A stretch of 64,000 nt of DNA from the human T2T-CHM13v2.0 reference genome, Homo sapiens: assembly GCF_009914755.1 (NCBI RefSeq), contig NC_060939.1. One strand, written 5' to 3'. The translations under genes were made by a program, and so were the position numbers. The notes beneath the pieces are model-generated. The model was not told the DNA's origin and did not search any database. It saw nothing but the letters and a program-made list of their open reading frames with translations. The first letter of the stretch is position 1. Every line of letters begins with the position of its first letter. Positions 29,463-43,246 of the stretch are shown here, piece after piece.

Positions 29463-29750
29463 GGACCCGGTGCAGTGGTTCAGGTCTGTTATCCCAGCAT
29501 TTTGGGAGATCTGGGCGGAGGGTAACTTGAGCCCAAGAGTTCAAGACCAGCCTGGGCAACACAGTGACACGCCGATCTTTACCAAAAATTGAAAAATTCG
29601 CTGGGCTTGGTGGCTCATACCTCAAGTCCCAGCTTCTTGGAAGGCTGAGGTGGGAGGATCGCTTAAGCCCAGGAGGTCAAGGCTGCAGTGAATGTGATCA
29701 TACCACTGCATTCCAGCCTGGGTGACACAGCAAGACCCTATCTCAAAAAA
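29463..29750 (+). mobile_element. AluJ
   Basis: Alu dimer with J-type features (ttgagcccaagagttcaagacc, ggctgcagtga). Confidence 0.9.
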
Positions 29751-29813
29751 ATTATGTTTATGTAGCACTTTCTACAAGGAATATAGTATCATGTTTGTAT
29801 TTAAATGACATCA

Positions 29814-30110
29814 GGACCAGCATGGTGGCTTACACCTGTAATCTCAGCTCCTCAGATGGCGGAAGGCAGGAGGATCTCTTGAGGCTAGGAGTTGGAAGAC
29901 CAGCCTGGGCAGCATAATGAAACCCCATTTCTACAAAAATAATAATAATAATCGAAAGCTAGGCGTGCTGGCACACACCTGCAGACCTAGCTACTGTGGA
30001 GGCTGAGTGGAAGGATCATTTTGAGCCCAGGAGTTTGATTGTATTGTGATGTACGATCGAGCCATTCCACTCCAGACAACACGGCAAGACCCAGTCTCTA
30101 AACAAAATAA
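29814..30110 (+). mobile_element. AluJ (diverged)
   Basis: Second Alu dimer immediately downstream. Confidence 0.88.
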
Positions 30111-30539
30111 AGGGACATCAGAGCATTTTTTATAGAGATCTATAAATGATCCCAAAATGTCTTCAGGGAGATAAATCATCTAAATATAGCTATATCGACT
30201 CTTCCTAAATTCCAAATTTGGGTGGGGAAAATAAAAGAGATAGAAGACTTCTTGAAATGTATCAAGACTCAGGAAGACAAAACAAAAACTTTCATTAGGC
30301 AGTATCAAGAATATTCATTAATGCCACCTCTAATTTATGATAGGATCATCTAAATAGGAAATCCCAGCAACAAGAGGCCAAAGGAAAGGGAAAAGAAATG
30401 AAAACAACGACCATACTTTCTACACTTCCAACCTCTTCTCTACCACCTCTCAGCAAGACCTCCCACATCCAATCACTGCTTTCTCTTGCGGACTTACCCT
30501 CTACTCTGTGAACACATGAGCCAGAGAACCCTGAGAAGT

Positions 30540-30993
30540 CCCTGAGTCCCTTCCAGGGGCTCTGCAAGGTCAAAAGTCTTTTCATAAAAATACACAAGTT
30601 TTGCTTACCTTTTCCACTTTCATTCTCTCACAAGTATAATTGGAGTTTCCCAGAGGCTACCTGACATGGGATGTCACAAGAAATTAAACATAGAAGCAGG
30701 AAGGAGAACCAAGTTTTCTTCTATTAAACCAGACATTAAAGACATACTTAAAAATATAAAACAATGTCACTGTTCTCACCATCTTTACTGCTTAAAAATG
30801 ATAATTTTAAATAAAAATGTGATTTATGTAAACATATAAGTATATTATTTTATTTTTTTAATTTCTCAGTTTTAATGTTTAATATGATAAATATAGATAG
30901 ATATAATCCAAATAAATAAAAGCTCTTTGGGGTCCTCAATAATTTTTAAAAATGTAAAGTGTTCCTGAAACCAAAAAGTTTGAGGACTGATGC
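30540..30993. mobile_element. hAT-Charlie-type non-autonomous DNA transposon fragment
   Basis: ...aaagctctttggggtcctcaataatttttaa...ccaaaaagtttgaggactgatg, a Charlie-like terminus. Confidence 0.55.
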
Positions 30994-31852
30994 TCTAAAG
31001 CTCATAACCTTTGATGTAGCTTCCACCCAGGTCATTTCTTAAATACTTGATCAATCATTTCCCATGTCCCTCACCCTAACCTTGTTGCAAAATTCCATTT
31101 TCCTACTCCAGCCCTCCCTGTCATGAGAAAGTTCCCAGGTTGTAGACATGATTTACTAAATCTTTCTTAACAGCTTTATAATGAAAACATGACATATACA
31201 AATTGTGTAAATTTAAGGTAACTTAATGTTTTGATATTTCTATACTTTTTGAAATGATCACCACAATCAAGCAAATTAGAATATTATCTCTACATATTTA
31301 CCATTGTGTGTGTTGACAGTAATTAATTTATGATGTAGTCCTTTAGCAAAACACAAGAATATGATACAGTGTTGTTCCATGTTATACATTATATCTGCAG
31401 AAATTATTATAACTTGAACATTGCACAATTTAATTGACAACACCCCGTTTCCCCTCCCTGAGCCCCTGGCAACCACTGTCCTATTCTCTGTTTTTATGAA
31501 TTTGACTGTCGTAGATTCCACATGTAAGTGAGATCATGAAGTATTTGTCTCTGTGTCTTGCATTTTTGCTTGGTGCAATATCTTCCATCTCCATCAATGT
31601 TTTCACAAATAGAAGGATTTCCTTCTTTTTTAATGTTGTATAATATTTCGTTTTATGTATACACACCACATTTTCTTCACCCATTCATCTGTTCCTCTGC
31701 CAAAGGACATTTAGGTTATTTTCATATTTTGGTCATTGTGTGTCATGCCGCAATGAACAGGGGATGACAGGCACCTCTCTAAGACTCTTATGTCAATTTC
31801 ACTGGACATATATCCAGAAGTGAAATTGTTGGATTATGTGGTAGTTCTTTTG

Positions 31853-32131
31853 TTTTATTTTTGAAACCGGGTCTCACTCTGTCATCCAGGGTAAAGTCCA
31901 GTGGCAAGATCATAGCTCACTGCAGCCTTGAACTCCTGGGCTCAAGAGATCCTCCTACCTCAGCCTCCTGAGTAGCTGGGACTACAGATGTACAACACCA
32001 TGTCTGGCTAATTTTAATTTTTTTCAGAGATGGGGTCTTGCTATGTTACCCAGGCTGGTCTGGAGCTCCTGGCCTCCTGCCTTGGCTTCCCCAAATCCTG
32101 GGATTACAGGTGTGAGCCACAACACCAGGCC
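31853..32131 (-). mobile_element. AluJ inside L1
   Basis: gatcatagctcactgcagccttgaactcctgggctcaag (J-type). Confidence 0.9.
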
Positions 32132-33429
32132 AGTGCTATTTTCAATTTTCTTTGGAGGAACCTCAATACTGTTTTCTGTGTTTTACTAATTTGCATTCCC
32201 ATCAATAGTGTATAATGTTTTCCTTTTCTCCACATTCTTACCAACACTTATCTTTTCTCTTTTTGATAATAGCCATTTTAACAGGTGTGACATGATAGCT
32301 CATTGTGGTTTTGATTTGCATTACTCTGAAATTTAGAGATGTTGAGCACATTTTCTTATACCTGTTAGCCATTTGAATTTCTTCTTTTGAGATGCATTTT
32401 TTTAGGTTCTTTGTCTTAAAATAAAATTAGGTTGTTTATAATTTTGGAATTGATGTGTATGTGTCCTTTTTATTTTTTGAACTCCTTATAAGAGATATGG
32501 TTTACAAACATTTTCCCCATTTCATAGGTTGCCTTATCATTTCATTAGTTGTTTTCTTTGCTGTGCAGAAGCTTTTTATTTCGATGTAATTCATTTATAT
32601 ATTTTGCCTTTGTTGCCTGTGCTTTTGGCATCATATCTAAACAAATTATTGCCAAGACCAATGTCAAGAATGTTTTTCCTGTCTTCTTCCAGGAGTTTTA
32701 TGGTTTCAGTGATTATATTTAAACGTTTAATCCATTTTGAGTTAATTTTTACATAAGGCGTGAGCTAGGGATCCGATTTCATTCTTTTACATGTAGACAT
32801 CCAGCTTTCCTAACACCATTTGGTCAAGAGCATATCCTCTCCCTATGGTGTCTCCTTGTCACCTTCCAGGGTGATCAATTGCTGCAAATGTGTGGGTTAT
32901 GCCTAGGTTCTCTATTTTGTTTCACTGGTTTATGTGTCTGTTTTTATGCCATTACCACAGTGTTTTTCTTTCTACTGCTTTGTAATTTAATTTGAAATCA
33001 GGAAGTGTGATACCTGTAGCTTTGTTCTTGCTCAAAATTGCTTTGGCCACTCATGGATTTTTGTGATTCTACATGAATTTTAGGATTATTTTTTTCTATT
33101 TCTGTGAGAGATATCATTGGGATTTTGATATGGATTACATTAAATGTGTAGATTGCTTTGAGTAGTAATATGGAACTTTAATAATACAGTATTAACTCTT
33201 TCAATCCACGGGTTGTCTTTCAATTTACTTTGGTTTAAATTTCTGTCATTAATTTTTTGTAATTTGTAGTGTTTAAGTCTTTCACTTCTTTGGTTAGTTA
33301 GTTCCAAAGTAGTTTATTTGACACTGTTTTTTAAATTTCCCTTTCAGACAATTCATTGCTAGTGTTTAGAAATAGCAATGATTTTTTATGTCAATTGTGT
33401 ATCCTACAACTTTAGTAAATTTATTATAT

Positions 33430-33655
33430 ACTCAGCCCTTCATATCCATGGGTTCTGCAACCGTGAACTCAATCAACCACAAACCTAACTTGTACATATA
33501 TTCCATCTGTGGTGGTTTGAATCCACAGATGTGGACCCATGGATACATAGGACAAACTGTACACGATTTTATGTGAGGGAGTTGATCATCACAGATTTTA
33601 TTATCTGAGGGGGTCCTGAAACAAATCCCGAGCAGATGTGAAAGACTGACTGTAT
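33430..33655. mobile_element. MER2-like (Tigger) MITE inside L1
   Basis: cagcccttcatatccatgggttctgcaacc...gggggtcctgaaacaaatccc...gactgactgta. Confidence 0.7.
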
Positions 33656-36600
33656 TATTTCTAACCATTTTCTGTGGAGCCTTTAGAGTTTTCAATATAT
33701 AATAATCATGTCTTCTGTTAACAGAGGTAACTACATCTTTCCTTTCAATTTTGATGCCTTTTGTTTCTCTTGCCTCATTGCTCTGGCTAGGACTTCCAGT
33801 ATTATGTTGAATAGGAGTGATGAGAGTAGACTTCCTTGTCTTGTTCCAGATATTAAAGAGAAAGCTTTCAGTTTTTCTCCATTGATTATAATATTAGATA
33901 TAGGATTTTCATATACAGCCTTTATAGTGTTGAGGTAAGTTTCTTGTATACTTATTTTGTTGAGAGTTTTATGAAAGTGTATTGAATTTTGTCAAATGTA
34001 TTTTCTGCATCTATTGGAATGTTATTTTTGTCTTTCATTCTGTTAATGTGGTATATCACATTATTAATTTTTTCACATTGAACCATCCTTGTATCCCATA
34101 GATAAATTCCAATTGGTCATGGTGTATGACCTTTTCAATGTGCTTTTGAATTCAGTTTGCTAGTTAGTATTTTATTGAGAATTTTTGCATCTATATTCAT
34201 TAAGGATACTCGTCTGTAATTATTTTTTCTTGTGTTGTCTTCGTCTAGCTTTTAAGTCATGGTAACATCGGCCTCATGAAATGAGTTTGGGAGTATTCTC
34301 TCTTCTATTTTTTCTGAAGAGTTTAAGAAATTTTGGTGTTAGTTCTTCTTTGAATATTTGGTAGAAGTTTCCCATGAAAGCATCTGCACCTGGGCTTTTC
34401 TTCGTTGGGAAATTTTTGATTACTGATTAAATCTCTTTGCTTGCTTTTGGTCTGTTCTATTTCTTTTTTGTTCCATCTTGGTAGATTGCATCTTTCTAAG
34501 AATTTATCCATTTCTTCCTGGTTATCCAATTTATTGGCATATAATTGCTTAATTGTCCTTTATAATGATTTGTATTCCTGTACATTTGTTATAATGTCTC
34601 CATTCTCATTTCTGATTATATCTACCTGAGTTTCTCTTTTTTCTTAGTGTAGCTAAGGGTTTGTTATTTTTGTTTGTATTTCCAAAAATTCAACTCTAGC
34701 TTTGTTGATTTTTCTACTGTTTTTTATTTTATACTTATTTTATTTATATTCTAATCTTTATTATTTACTTCATTATGCTAACTTTAGGTTTAGTTAGTTT
34801 TTCTTTTTCTAATTGTTTATTTGTAAAGTTAGGTTGTTCAAGTGAGATCTTTCTTATTTTTTAATGTAGGTACTTATCACTGTAACATTTCCCGCTTAGC
34901 AATTTTTTTGCTGCATCCTGTAAGTTTTGTTGAGTTGTATGTTCATTTTTGTTTGTCTCAAGATATTTTTAAAATTCCCTTTTGATTTCTTCTTTACCTA
35001 ATGGTTGTTCAAGAGTGTGTTGTTTAGTTTCTGCATTTTTGTAAATGTTTCTGTTTTCTTTGTTATTGACTTCTAATTTTATTCCATTGTGGTCTGAGAA
35101 GATACTTGGCATTATATCAAACTTCTTAAATTTGTAGGATGCCTTGTGACCTAAGATTTGATCTATCTCAGAGAAGATTCTGTGTGCCCTTGAGAAGAAT
35201 GTATATTCTTCTGCTGTTGGATGGAAAGTTCTGTATATGTCAGTGTTTAGTCTACTGTGTTATTCAAGTCAGCTGTTTCCTCTTTTTTTATTCCTGCCTA
35301 GATGTTCTATCCATTATTGTATTTGGGGTACTGAAGTTGGCTACTATTATTTTAGTGTTACTGATTTCTCCCCTTAGCTTTGTTGATATTAACTTTATAT
35401 ATTTAGGTGTTCTAATGTTGGGTGGATATATATTTACAATCTTCCCACTGAAGTGAACTTTTATCATTATATAATGACCTTAGTCTGTAGTGAAAATTTT
35501 TGATTTCAAGTCTATTTTTTCTGATCTAAGTATAGATACCCTTGCTCTTTTTTGGTTACCATTTGTGTAGAGTATCTTTTCCCATCCCTTCACTTTGAGC
35601 CTCTATGTATCTTTATATCTAAAGTGACTCCCTTATAAATATGTACTGATGAGTATCTTTTATGCATTGTGCCACTCTATGTCTTTTAATTAGATAGTTT
35701 AATCCGTTCACATTTAAAGTCATTGTTGATAGGTAAGGAGTAACTTGCATTTTGTTAATTGTTTTTCCTTCGTTTTGCAGATCTTTTTTTTTTTTTTTCC
35801 TCTCTTGCTGTCTTCTTAGTTTGGTTATTTCTTGTAACGGTTTGGTTTCATTTATTTTTCTTCACATTTTGTGTATCTCCTATAAGTTTTTAATTTGTGG
35901 TTGCAAATTTACATCTTTTATAAAGAGCTGTCTTAATGTTATCAGCTTTTTTGGAATCATTTTCTCTCTTCCCTCTTCAGACATATTTGCAAATACTCAG
36001 AATTTCAAGACACGAGTAAATAGGGCTCTGGTTAGAAATTTATCAATATGAAGAAAAAGATCCTCTGAGTCTTTTGATAAGTTAAAAAATAATGATAGAC
36101 TGTGGTAGAATGTCATGTATTTCAAGTTTTGTCATCTATGTTACTCTGCAATATATTTTCTGTGTGTATTAGTCAATGTTATATATTTATAAGGTAAATC
36201 CATAAAGCATACATTCTAGAATGCCCTAACTTAGGTCCTTAAGAGCTATGCTCCTTATAGCCTTCTTGGCACTCTTGAAGTGTTAAATATTTCCATTGAA
36301 GAAGGTTGCATATGGCTTCTGAGATGAAGTCTAGACAGGTTAGGATTATTTTTTGCTCCTTTTGCCCACACAGCACCCACTGTCCCCTCCCTTTGTTATT
36401 AGCCATTATCTGATACCCTAGATGAAGCCACCTTGTGTCCTTCAGTTTTGGCGTGGGGGCTGATTTCACCCCCAGTTTCAGGAATAAGCACAGGACAGCT
36501 ACTAACAAGTATGTTGTTCACTCAAGGAAGAAACCCAGCTAAGGGAGAAAGGGGGGTTGAAATCCAGCCTGCATGCTCTTCTCCAAGCCACATGCCCCGA

Positions 36601-36849
36601 TACAGGGCTTCATCTAACTGGAGAAAGGGGAGCCATTTTCTAATACTTGCAAAGGCACTTTGTGGACAGTGGAAACCCTGTATGAGCTCGTGACACAGGC
36701 CTGGCCTATGAATATACTTCTAATCCTGGCACAGATGAAACTAGAGATGGACATGAAATCCAAGCCTCACACCCAAAGTCAATCTCTAGTCTCTTATTGA
36801 AACTATTAGAAGTGTTTCTGTTTTTGCTTTATTCTGGGGCTGTGGAACT

Positions 36850-37100
36850 AAGGAAATGTAAACTGGAGGAGTAATGATGGCCACATTGCAGCACAAAGGG
36901 AAAACTTGTCTGAGAATAAAATCAATGGGGAAGATAAAAGCAAGGAAGCTGAGAGGAGCCAAGTCCTGAGACCCTACGTTCAGCCATTCTGAAGCTACAC
37001 CCTGGATTTTTCCATTATACGAGCCCACAAATTAATATTTTTTTTTTTGCTTAGACCAGTTTGAGTTTGAATTCTATTATTTATAACCAAAGGAGTCCTA
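36850..37100 (+). mobile_element. MLT1J/K-like LTR fragment
   Basis: gccattctgaagcta...cctggatttttccattatacgagcc...ttgcttagaccagtttgagtt. Confidence 0.5.
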
Positions 37101-38552
37101 CCATATTATCTTAGCCGGATTTTCATAAACACGGTATATGTTGATCAACAAACTTCCTAAATGTTTCAAGTTCACTCCAAAGAGTGAGGGGAAAAAAGAA
37201 AGAAGAGGAAGAAAATGGTTACTTATCATTCACAGTAGTCAAAGAAGCTGCAGAAGCATCAAGCAAAAGCAGCAGAAGTTAGCTTTGTACTCCCACAAAC
37301 CCTGCTCAGAAGTACTCCACCTAGTGGCCCACAGCAGAAGCTGCATTTCTAAAATCTTTAAAAAGACAGAAAAGGAATCCCCACTTACCCTGGGAATCCT
37401 AACAGGAGCGCGCCACATGGGAACATGTCCCATTGGTTTGAGGTCGATAAGTCCATTTTCAAAGCTTTAGTAATTCCAGAAACAAGAACATATTTATTTT
37501 ACTTTGATCACACAACGCCTAGTTATATTAAAAGTAAGGAGACATTCAATAAATACCTTTTATGGAAACGAAAACAGACAATTTAGGAGAAAATTAACTA
37601 TCGATGCATTATTTTCAAAGGTAAAGAAAAAAGAAATCATTCTGAACACAAAAAACTATTTTATCAAATATCATGGTAAATTATCATTATATACTAGGTC
37701 ACTTAATAAATTTCCAGAGATGATTGGAAAGAGTTTTCACAATAGATTTTGTTTCACCCCAGGAAGAAGTTTCACAAAAAGTTAGTTACTTATCTCCATT
37801 TTTACTAGTACCAAACTAATCCTAACATTCTGAGTCAAATTAAAAATAATGTCCAGTGAGAACACAGGAGATGCCTAAGTGGAGTGTGTTTTAATGTGAG
37901 GGCATAATTGGTTTATATTTTTCACTGAAAATAACAAATTCTAGACAACTTAAGACAAATAGGAATTCAATGAAAGGATATTGAATAGCTCACAAAATCG
38001 TTGAAGATGCTGGAGAAGCAAGGTAAGAACTGAGGGAAACTCAGCACAGCCAAGTTCATTCGACGGAAGCAGATCATGCGGTGCCACCACTAGGATGTTG
38101 TCATTTGACACTTGTTACCATGTAGCTGGGCTCTGCTGAAACTAGGCAGTTGCTGCCACAATCCTGGACCTGCATATCTGCTCAATTTCTCAGAATCATC
38201 TCTGATTCTTTCAGGTCTTTTGCATCATTTCATCGGGTTCCAAGTTCTAATAAAGAGACATCAGTTGGCTGGGCCTAGATATGTGCCCACAAATGAGTGG
38301 CCAAGAAACTGGAAAAGAGATCATGCACTCCCTTTCAACTTTTGTAATGGAAGGTTGGGTCTGTCCTCATATTTCGCTTGGGGTTCAAAAAACTAGGAAG
38401 GGTGTTTTGTTGAAATGAAACGCAAAACTATAGCTATCCATTTATAGCACCTTATTTGTACAGAAAGAAACCATGAGACAAAATGTATAAAAGTGCATGG
38501 GAGGTCTAAACATATGAGGGGGTTTCTGAGGAGAGAAAGAAAATACTTGATT

Positions 38553-38939
38553 GGTGCTGTGGTTTCACTGCCTCCTCCGAGATTCAGCGTTGACAATGTG
38601 ATAGTGTTGAGGTGGAGCATACAGGAAGTGATTAGGCCATCAAGACTCCTACCTCAGGAATGGGTTTAGGAGCCCTCATGAAAGGGCTCCATGGAGGGAG
38701 TTCATCCCTCTTGCCCTCCCGCCTTCCACCATGTGATGAAACAGTGTTCCTTGTCTCTGGAAGATGCAGCATCAAGACACCATCTTGAATGGAGAGAACA
38801 GCCCTTACCAGACATCAGACCTGCCAACGCCTTGATCTTGGACTTCCTAGTCTCCAGAACTGTGACAGATAAATGTCTGGTTTTCATAAATTACCTAGTC
38901 TGTGTTATTTTGTTGTAAGAGCATAAGTTGACTAAGACA
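38553..38939 (+). mobile_element. MST-type MaLR solo LTR
   Basis: tgctgtggttt...ccttgatcttggacttcctagtctccagaactgtga...gactaagaca. Confidence 0.8.
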
Positions 38940-40449
38940 ATTGGGGATTAGAAAAAGTTTTATGAAGTGGCATTTGAGAAGGGCTTGATAGATAAGATCT
39001 CTACAAATAGAAATAGAGAGATGGTTTCAAATCACCCAGGTGAAAGGAATAACATAGCCATGTTCAGTCTGAATGCAAAATGGAGATGGTAAAAAGTACA
39101 TAGGATTCCACCACCAGTGGGAGGACAGAATTCTAATGTGGCAGCAATCTGTAAATATAATATTTATCACTCATTCACATTTATTTAGAGTCTAACTATA
39201 TTCTTTCTACAAGAGACTCCCATCACCTGTAAATACACACATAAATTGAAAGTGATCAGATGGAAAAATATATTTTATGACAATGGAAATCAAAAGAATG
39301 CAGAAGTAGTTATATTTACATCAAATAAAATAGGCTTCAAGTAAAAAAACTGTAAACACAGACAAACAAGGCTATTATGTAATAATAAAGGGGTCAGTAC
39401 AACAAGAGAATACAATAATTGTAAATATATAATGCACTTAACATTGGAGAACCTAAATATATAAAGCAAACATTAATAGATCTAAAAGGAGAGACAAAAT
39501 ACTGTACAACAATAGTAAGAAACCTCGACATCCCATTTTCAGCAATGAACAGATCATTGAGAGAGAATCTCAACAAACATTTAAACTGCACTCTAGATCA
39601 AAAGAATTTAACAGTTATTTACATAGTATTTCATCCAACAATTGCATAATTCACTGTCTTTTCACCTGCATATGGAATATTGTCCATGATAGATATGTTA
39701 CACCACAAAACAAGTCTTAGCTAATCAAAAAATCAAATCATATCACATGTTTTTTGACCTTATGGAATAAAGCTAGAAATAAACAACAGGAGGAACTTCA
39801 GAAATTGTGCAAATACATACAAATTAAACATCATATCCCTAAACAACCCATGGGTCAATGAAAAAAAATTTAATTTTAAAAGTGTCTTAAGACAAAAATG
39901 AAATCAGAACATATGAAACTTATGAAATACAGCAAAACAGTCCTTAGAGGGAAGTTTATAGCAATACATTTCTACATCAATAAAGAAGAAAGATAATGAA
40001 TAAACCATCTAACAATGTATTTCAAGGAACTATAAAATCAAGAACAAACTAAGACCCAAATTAGCAAAAGAATGTAAAGATCAGAGCACAAATATACAAA
40101 ATGAAGACAAAAAACACAAACGACTAATTAAATGAAGGAATCTTTTTTGAAAAGGTAAAATTGACAAATGTTTTGTCAGACTAAGAAAAAAAGAAAATTC
40201 ACATAAAATCAGAGATGAAAAAGGATATACTATGATAGACTCTAGAGAAATATAAGGAATCATGAGTAAGTACTACAAACAATTGTACACCAATAAATTG
40301 AAAAACTTAGAAGAGATACATATGCTCTGGACACATATAACCTATCAAAATTGAAGAAAGAAGAAATAGAAAATGTGAACACACCAATGACAAATGAGAT
40401 TGAAGGAGCGATTTAGGCTCTCAGTCAAGGAAAATCAAAAAGACTTCAC

Positions 40450-40722
40450 ACAGTAGCCCACATCTGTAATCTCACAGTTTAGGAGCCCAACGTAGGAGAA
40501 TCACTAGAGGCCAGGAGCTCAAGATTAGCCTGGGCAACACAAGGAGACTCCATCTCTAAAAATAAAAATAAAAATTCCCCAGGTATAGTGGTGTGTACTT
40601 GTACTCAGGAGGCTGAGGCAGGAAGATCACTTAAGACCAGGAGTTTGAGGCTGCAGTCAGCTATGACTGCACCACTGTATGCCAGACTCAGTGATAGAGT
40701 GAGACACTGTCTCTAAAAAAAA
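40450..40722 (+). mobile_element. AluJ inside L1
   Basis: Diverged Alu dimer with A tail. Confidence 0.85.
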
Positions 40723-42956
40723 TAGAGGAAGAAAGAAAAGTTCACGACTTGGTGGTTTTCGCTGACAAATTCTACAAAACATTTAAAAAACTTGCACAAA
40801 TTATTTACAAACTATTTCAAAAAAATGAAAAGGAAGGAACTCTTCCAAACTCATTCAATTAAGACAGCATTTCCTGATTCCACAATGAGACAAGAACAGC
40901 AAATAAAAGAAAACTCCAGGCCAATATTATTGATAAACATAGATGCAAACATTCAAAACCAGCAGTTCTAGCAATGATAATTCAAAAACACATTAAAAAG
41001 ATTATTCACCATAATCAAGTGGTATTTACCCGGGGAGGTAAGGATAGTCTAATACATGTAAATCAATAAAATGTGATACATCACATTAAACAATGAAGGA
41101 TAAAAAACATAATTATTTCAATAGATGCAGAAAAATCATTTAACAAAATTAGACATCCTTTTATGATCAAACCTTTTAACAAATTAGTTATAAAAGAACA
41201 TAATAAAATAAAGACCATATGTGATAACCCACAGGCAACATTATACTGAATGGTGAAAATTTGAAAGCTTTGCCTCTAGGATCTGGAACAAGACAAGGAT
41301 GTTCACTTTAATCACTTTTTTCAACATAGTACTGGAAGACCTAGTCAGAACAATTAGGTAAAAGAAAGAAATAAAAGGCATCCAAATTTGAAAAAAAGGT
41401 CAAATTGTCCTTCTTTGCAGATGACATGATCATATGTGTAAAAAACCCTAAATACGCCACTGAAAATCAGAAATAGTAAATGAATACAATAAGGTTTCAG
41501 GATACAAAAGCAACATAAAAAATCAGTAACATCTCTATACACCAATAGCAGACTATCTGAAAAAGGAATCAAGAAAGTAATCCCATTTAAAATAGCTATT
41601 AAAAAAACAAAATACCTACAAGTAAATTAAGCCACGGAAAGATGAAAATTATTAAACATTGATAAAAGCAATTAAAAAATTAAAATAAATAGAAAGATAT
41701 CCCATGTTCATGGACTAGAAGAATTAATATTGTTGACATGACCGTACAAATCAAATCAATCTATAAATCTAATATAATCTCTATCAAATTTCCAAGTTTA
41801 TTCTTCACAGATACTGAAAAATCTTAAAATCCATGTGAAACTACAAAACACCCCAAATAGCCAAATAAATCTTAAGCAAAAACAGCAATGCTAGAGGTAT
41901 TACACTATCTAATTTCAAAATATATTACAAAGCTATCCTAACTAAAACAACATGGTATTGGCATAAAAACAGGCACATAGACCAGTGGAACAAAAATAGG
42001 GAGGCCTGGCATAAATCTACACATTTACGTGCAACTTATTTTTGACAAAGTTGCAAACATTCAATGGGGAAAAGACAGTCTTTTCAACAAATGGTGCTGG
42101 GAAAAGTGCATATCCACATACAAAAGAATGAAAGTAGACCCCTATCTCTCATCATATACAAAAATCAACTCAAAATAATTTATTTAAATGTAAGACCCTA
42201 AACTATGAAACTAGTAGAAGAAAACATAGGTGAAGTGTTATATGTCATTGGTCAGGGCAAGGACTTTTTAGAAAAGACATCAAAAGACATGCACAACAAA
42301 AGCAAAAATAAACAAATGGGATTACGCCAAATAAACATTTCTGCACTGCATAGGAAACAATCACAAGAGTGAAGAGACAACCTACAAAATGGGAGAAAAT
42401 ATCTGCAAACTATTCACTTCATAAGGGGTTAATATCCCAAATTTATAGAAAACTCAAACAACTCAACAGCAAAAATACAAATAATTGGATTAGAAAATAG
42501 TCAAGACAGCTGAATAGACATTTCTCCAAATAAGACAAAAAAATCACCAACAGGTATATGAAAAAATGCTCACCATCATTAATAATCAGAGAAATGCAAG
42601 TCAAATCCACAGTGAGATATCATCTCACCCTGCTTAGAATGCTTTTTATGAAAAAGTCAAAAAATAACAAATGCTGGCAAGGATGTGAAGAAAGGGGAAT
42701 GTTCATATACTGTTGGTGGAAATGTAAATTAGAGCAATTGTTATGGAAAACAATATAACTTCCAAAAACATTAAAAATAGACTTATCACATAATCCAGCA
42801 ATCCCACTACTGGGTATATATTCAAAGAATATTAAATCAGTATGTCAAAGAGATTTCTGGACTCTCATGTTTATTACAGCACTATTCACAATAGCCTAGA
42901 ATCAACCTAAGTGTCCATCAATGAATGAACGGAAAAAGAAAATGTGTCATATATGA

Positions 42957-43246
42957 TGTATTTGGCCATTCCTGCATTGATATAAAGAAATACATGAGAT
43001 TGGATAATTTATAAGAAAAGAGACATAATTGGCTCCTGGTTCCATGGGCTGTACAGGGAGCATAGTGCCAACATCTTCTTGACTAGTCAGGAAGCTTGAG
43101 AACTCGTTCACTATCATGAGGATGGCACCAAGCCATGAGGGATCCACCTCCATGACCGAAACACCTCCTACCAGGCCCCATCTCTAACAGTGGGTATTAC
43201 AATACAACATGAGATATGGGTCAGGACAAATATCCAAACTATATCA
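42957..43246 (-). mobile_element. Internally deleted MST (MSTB-like) LTR inside L1
   Basis: tgtatttggccattcctgcattg...caaactatatca; flanks tatga/tatgc (probable 5-bp TSD). Confidence 0.8.

Larger units (their letters stand above)
31165..35900 (-). mobile_element. Old L1 (L1MA-like), ORF2 to 3'UTR, about 4.7 kb including insertions
   Basis: Antisense ORF remnants such as MDNQEEMDKFLE (34323-34529) and YYTTLKKKEILLF (31481-31684). Confidence 0.9.
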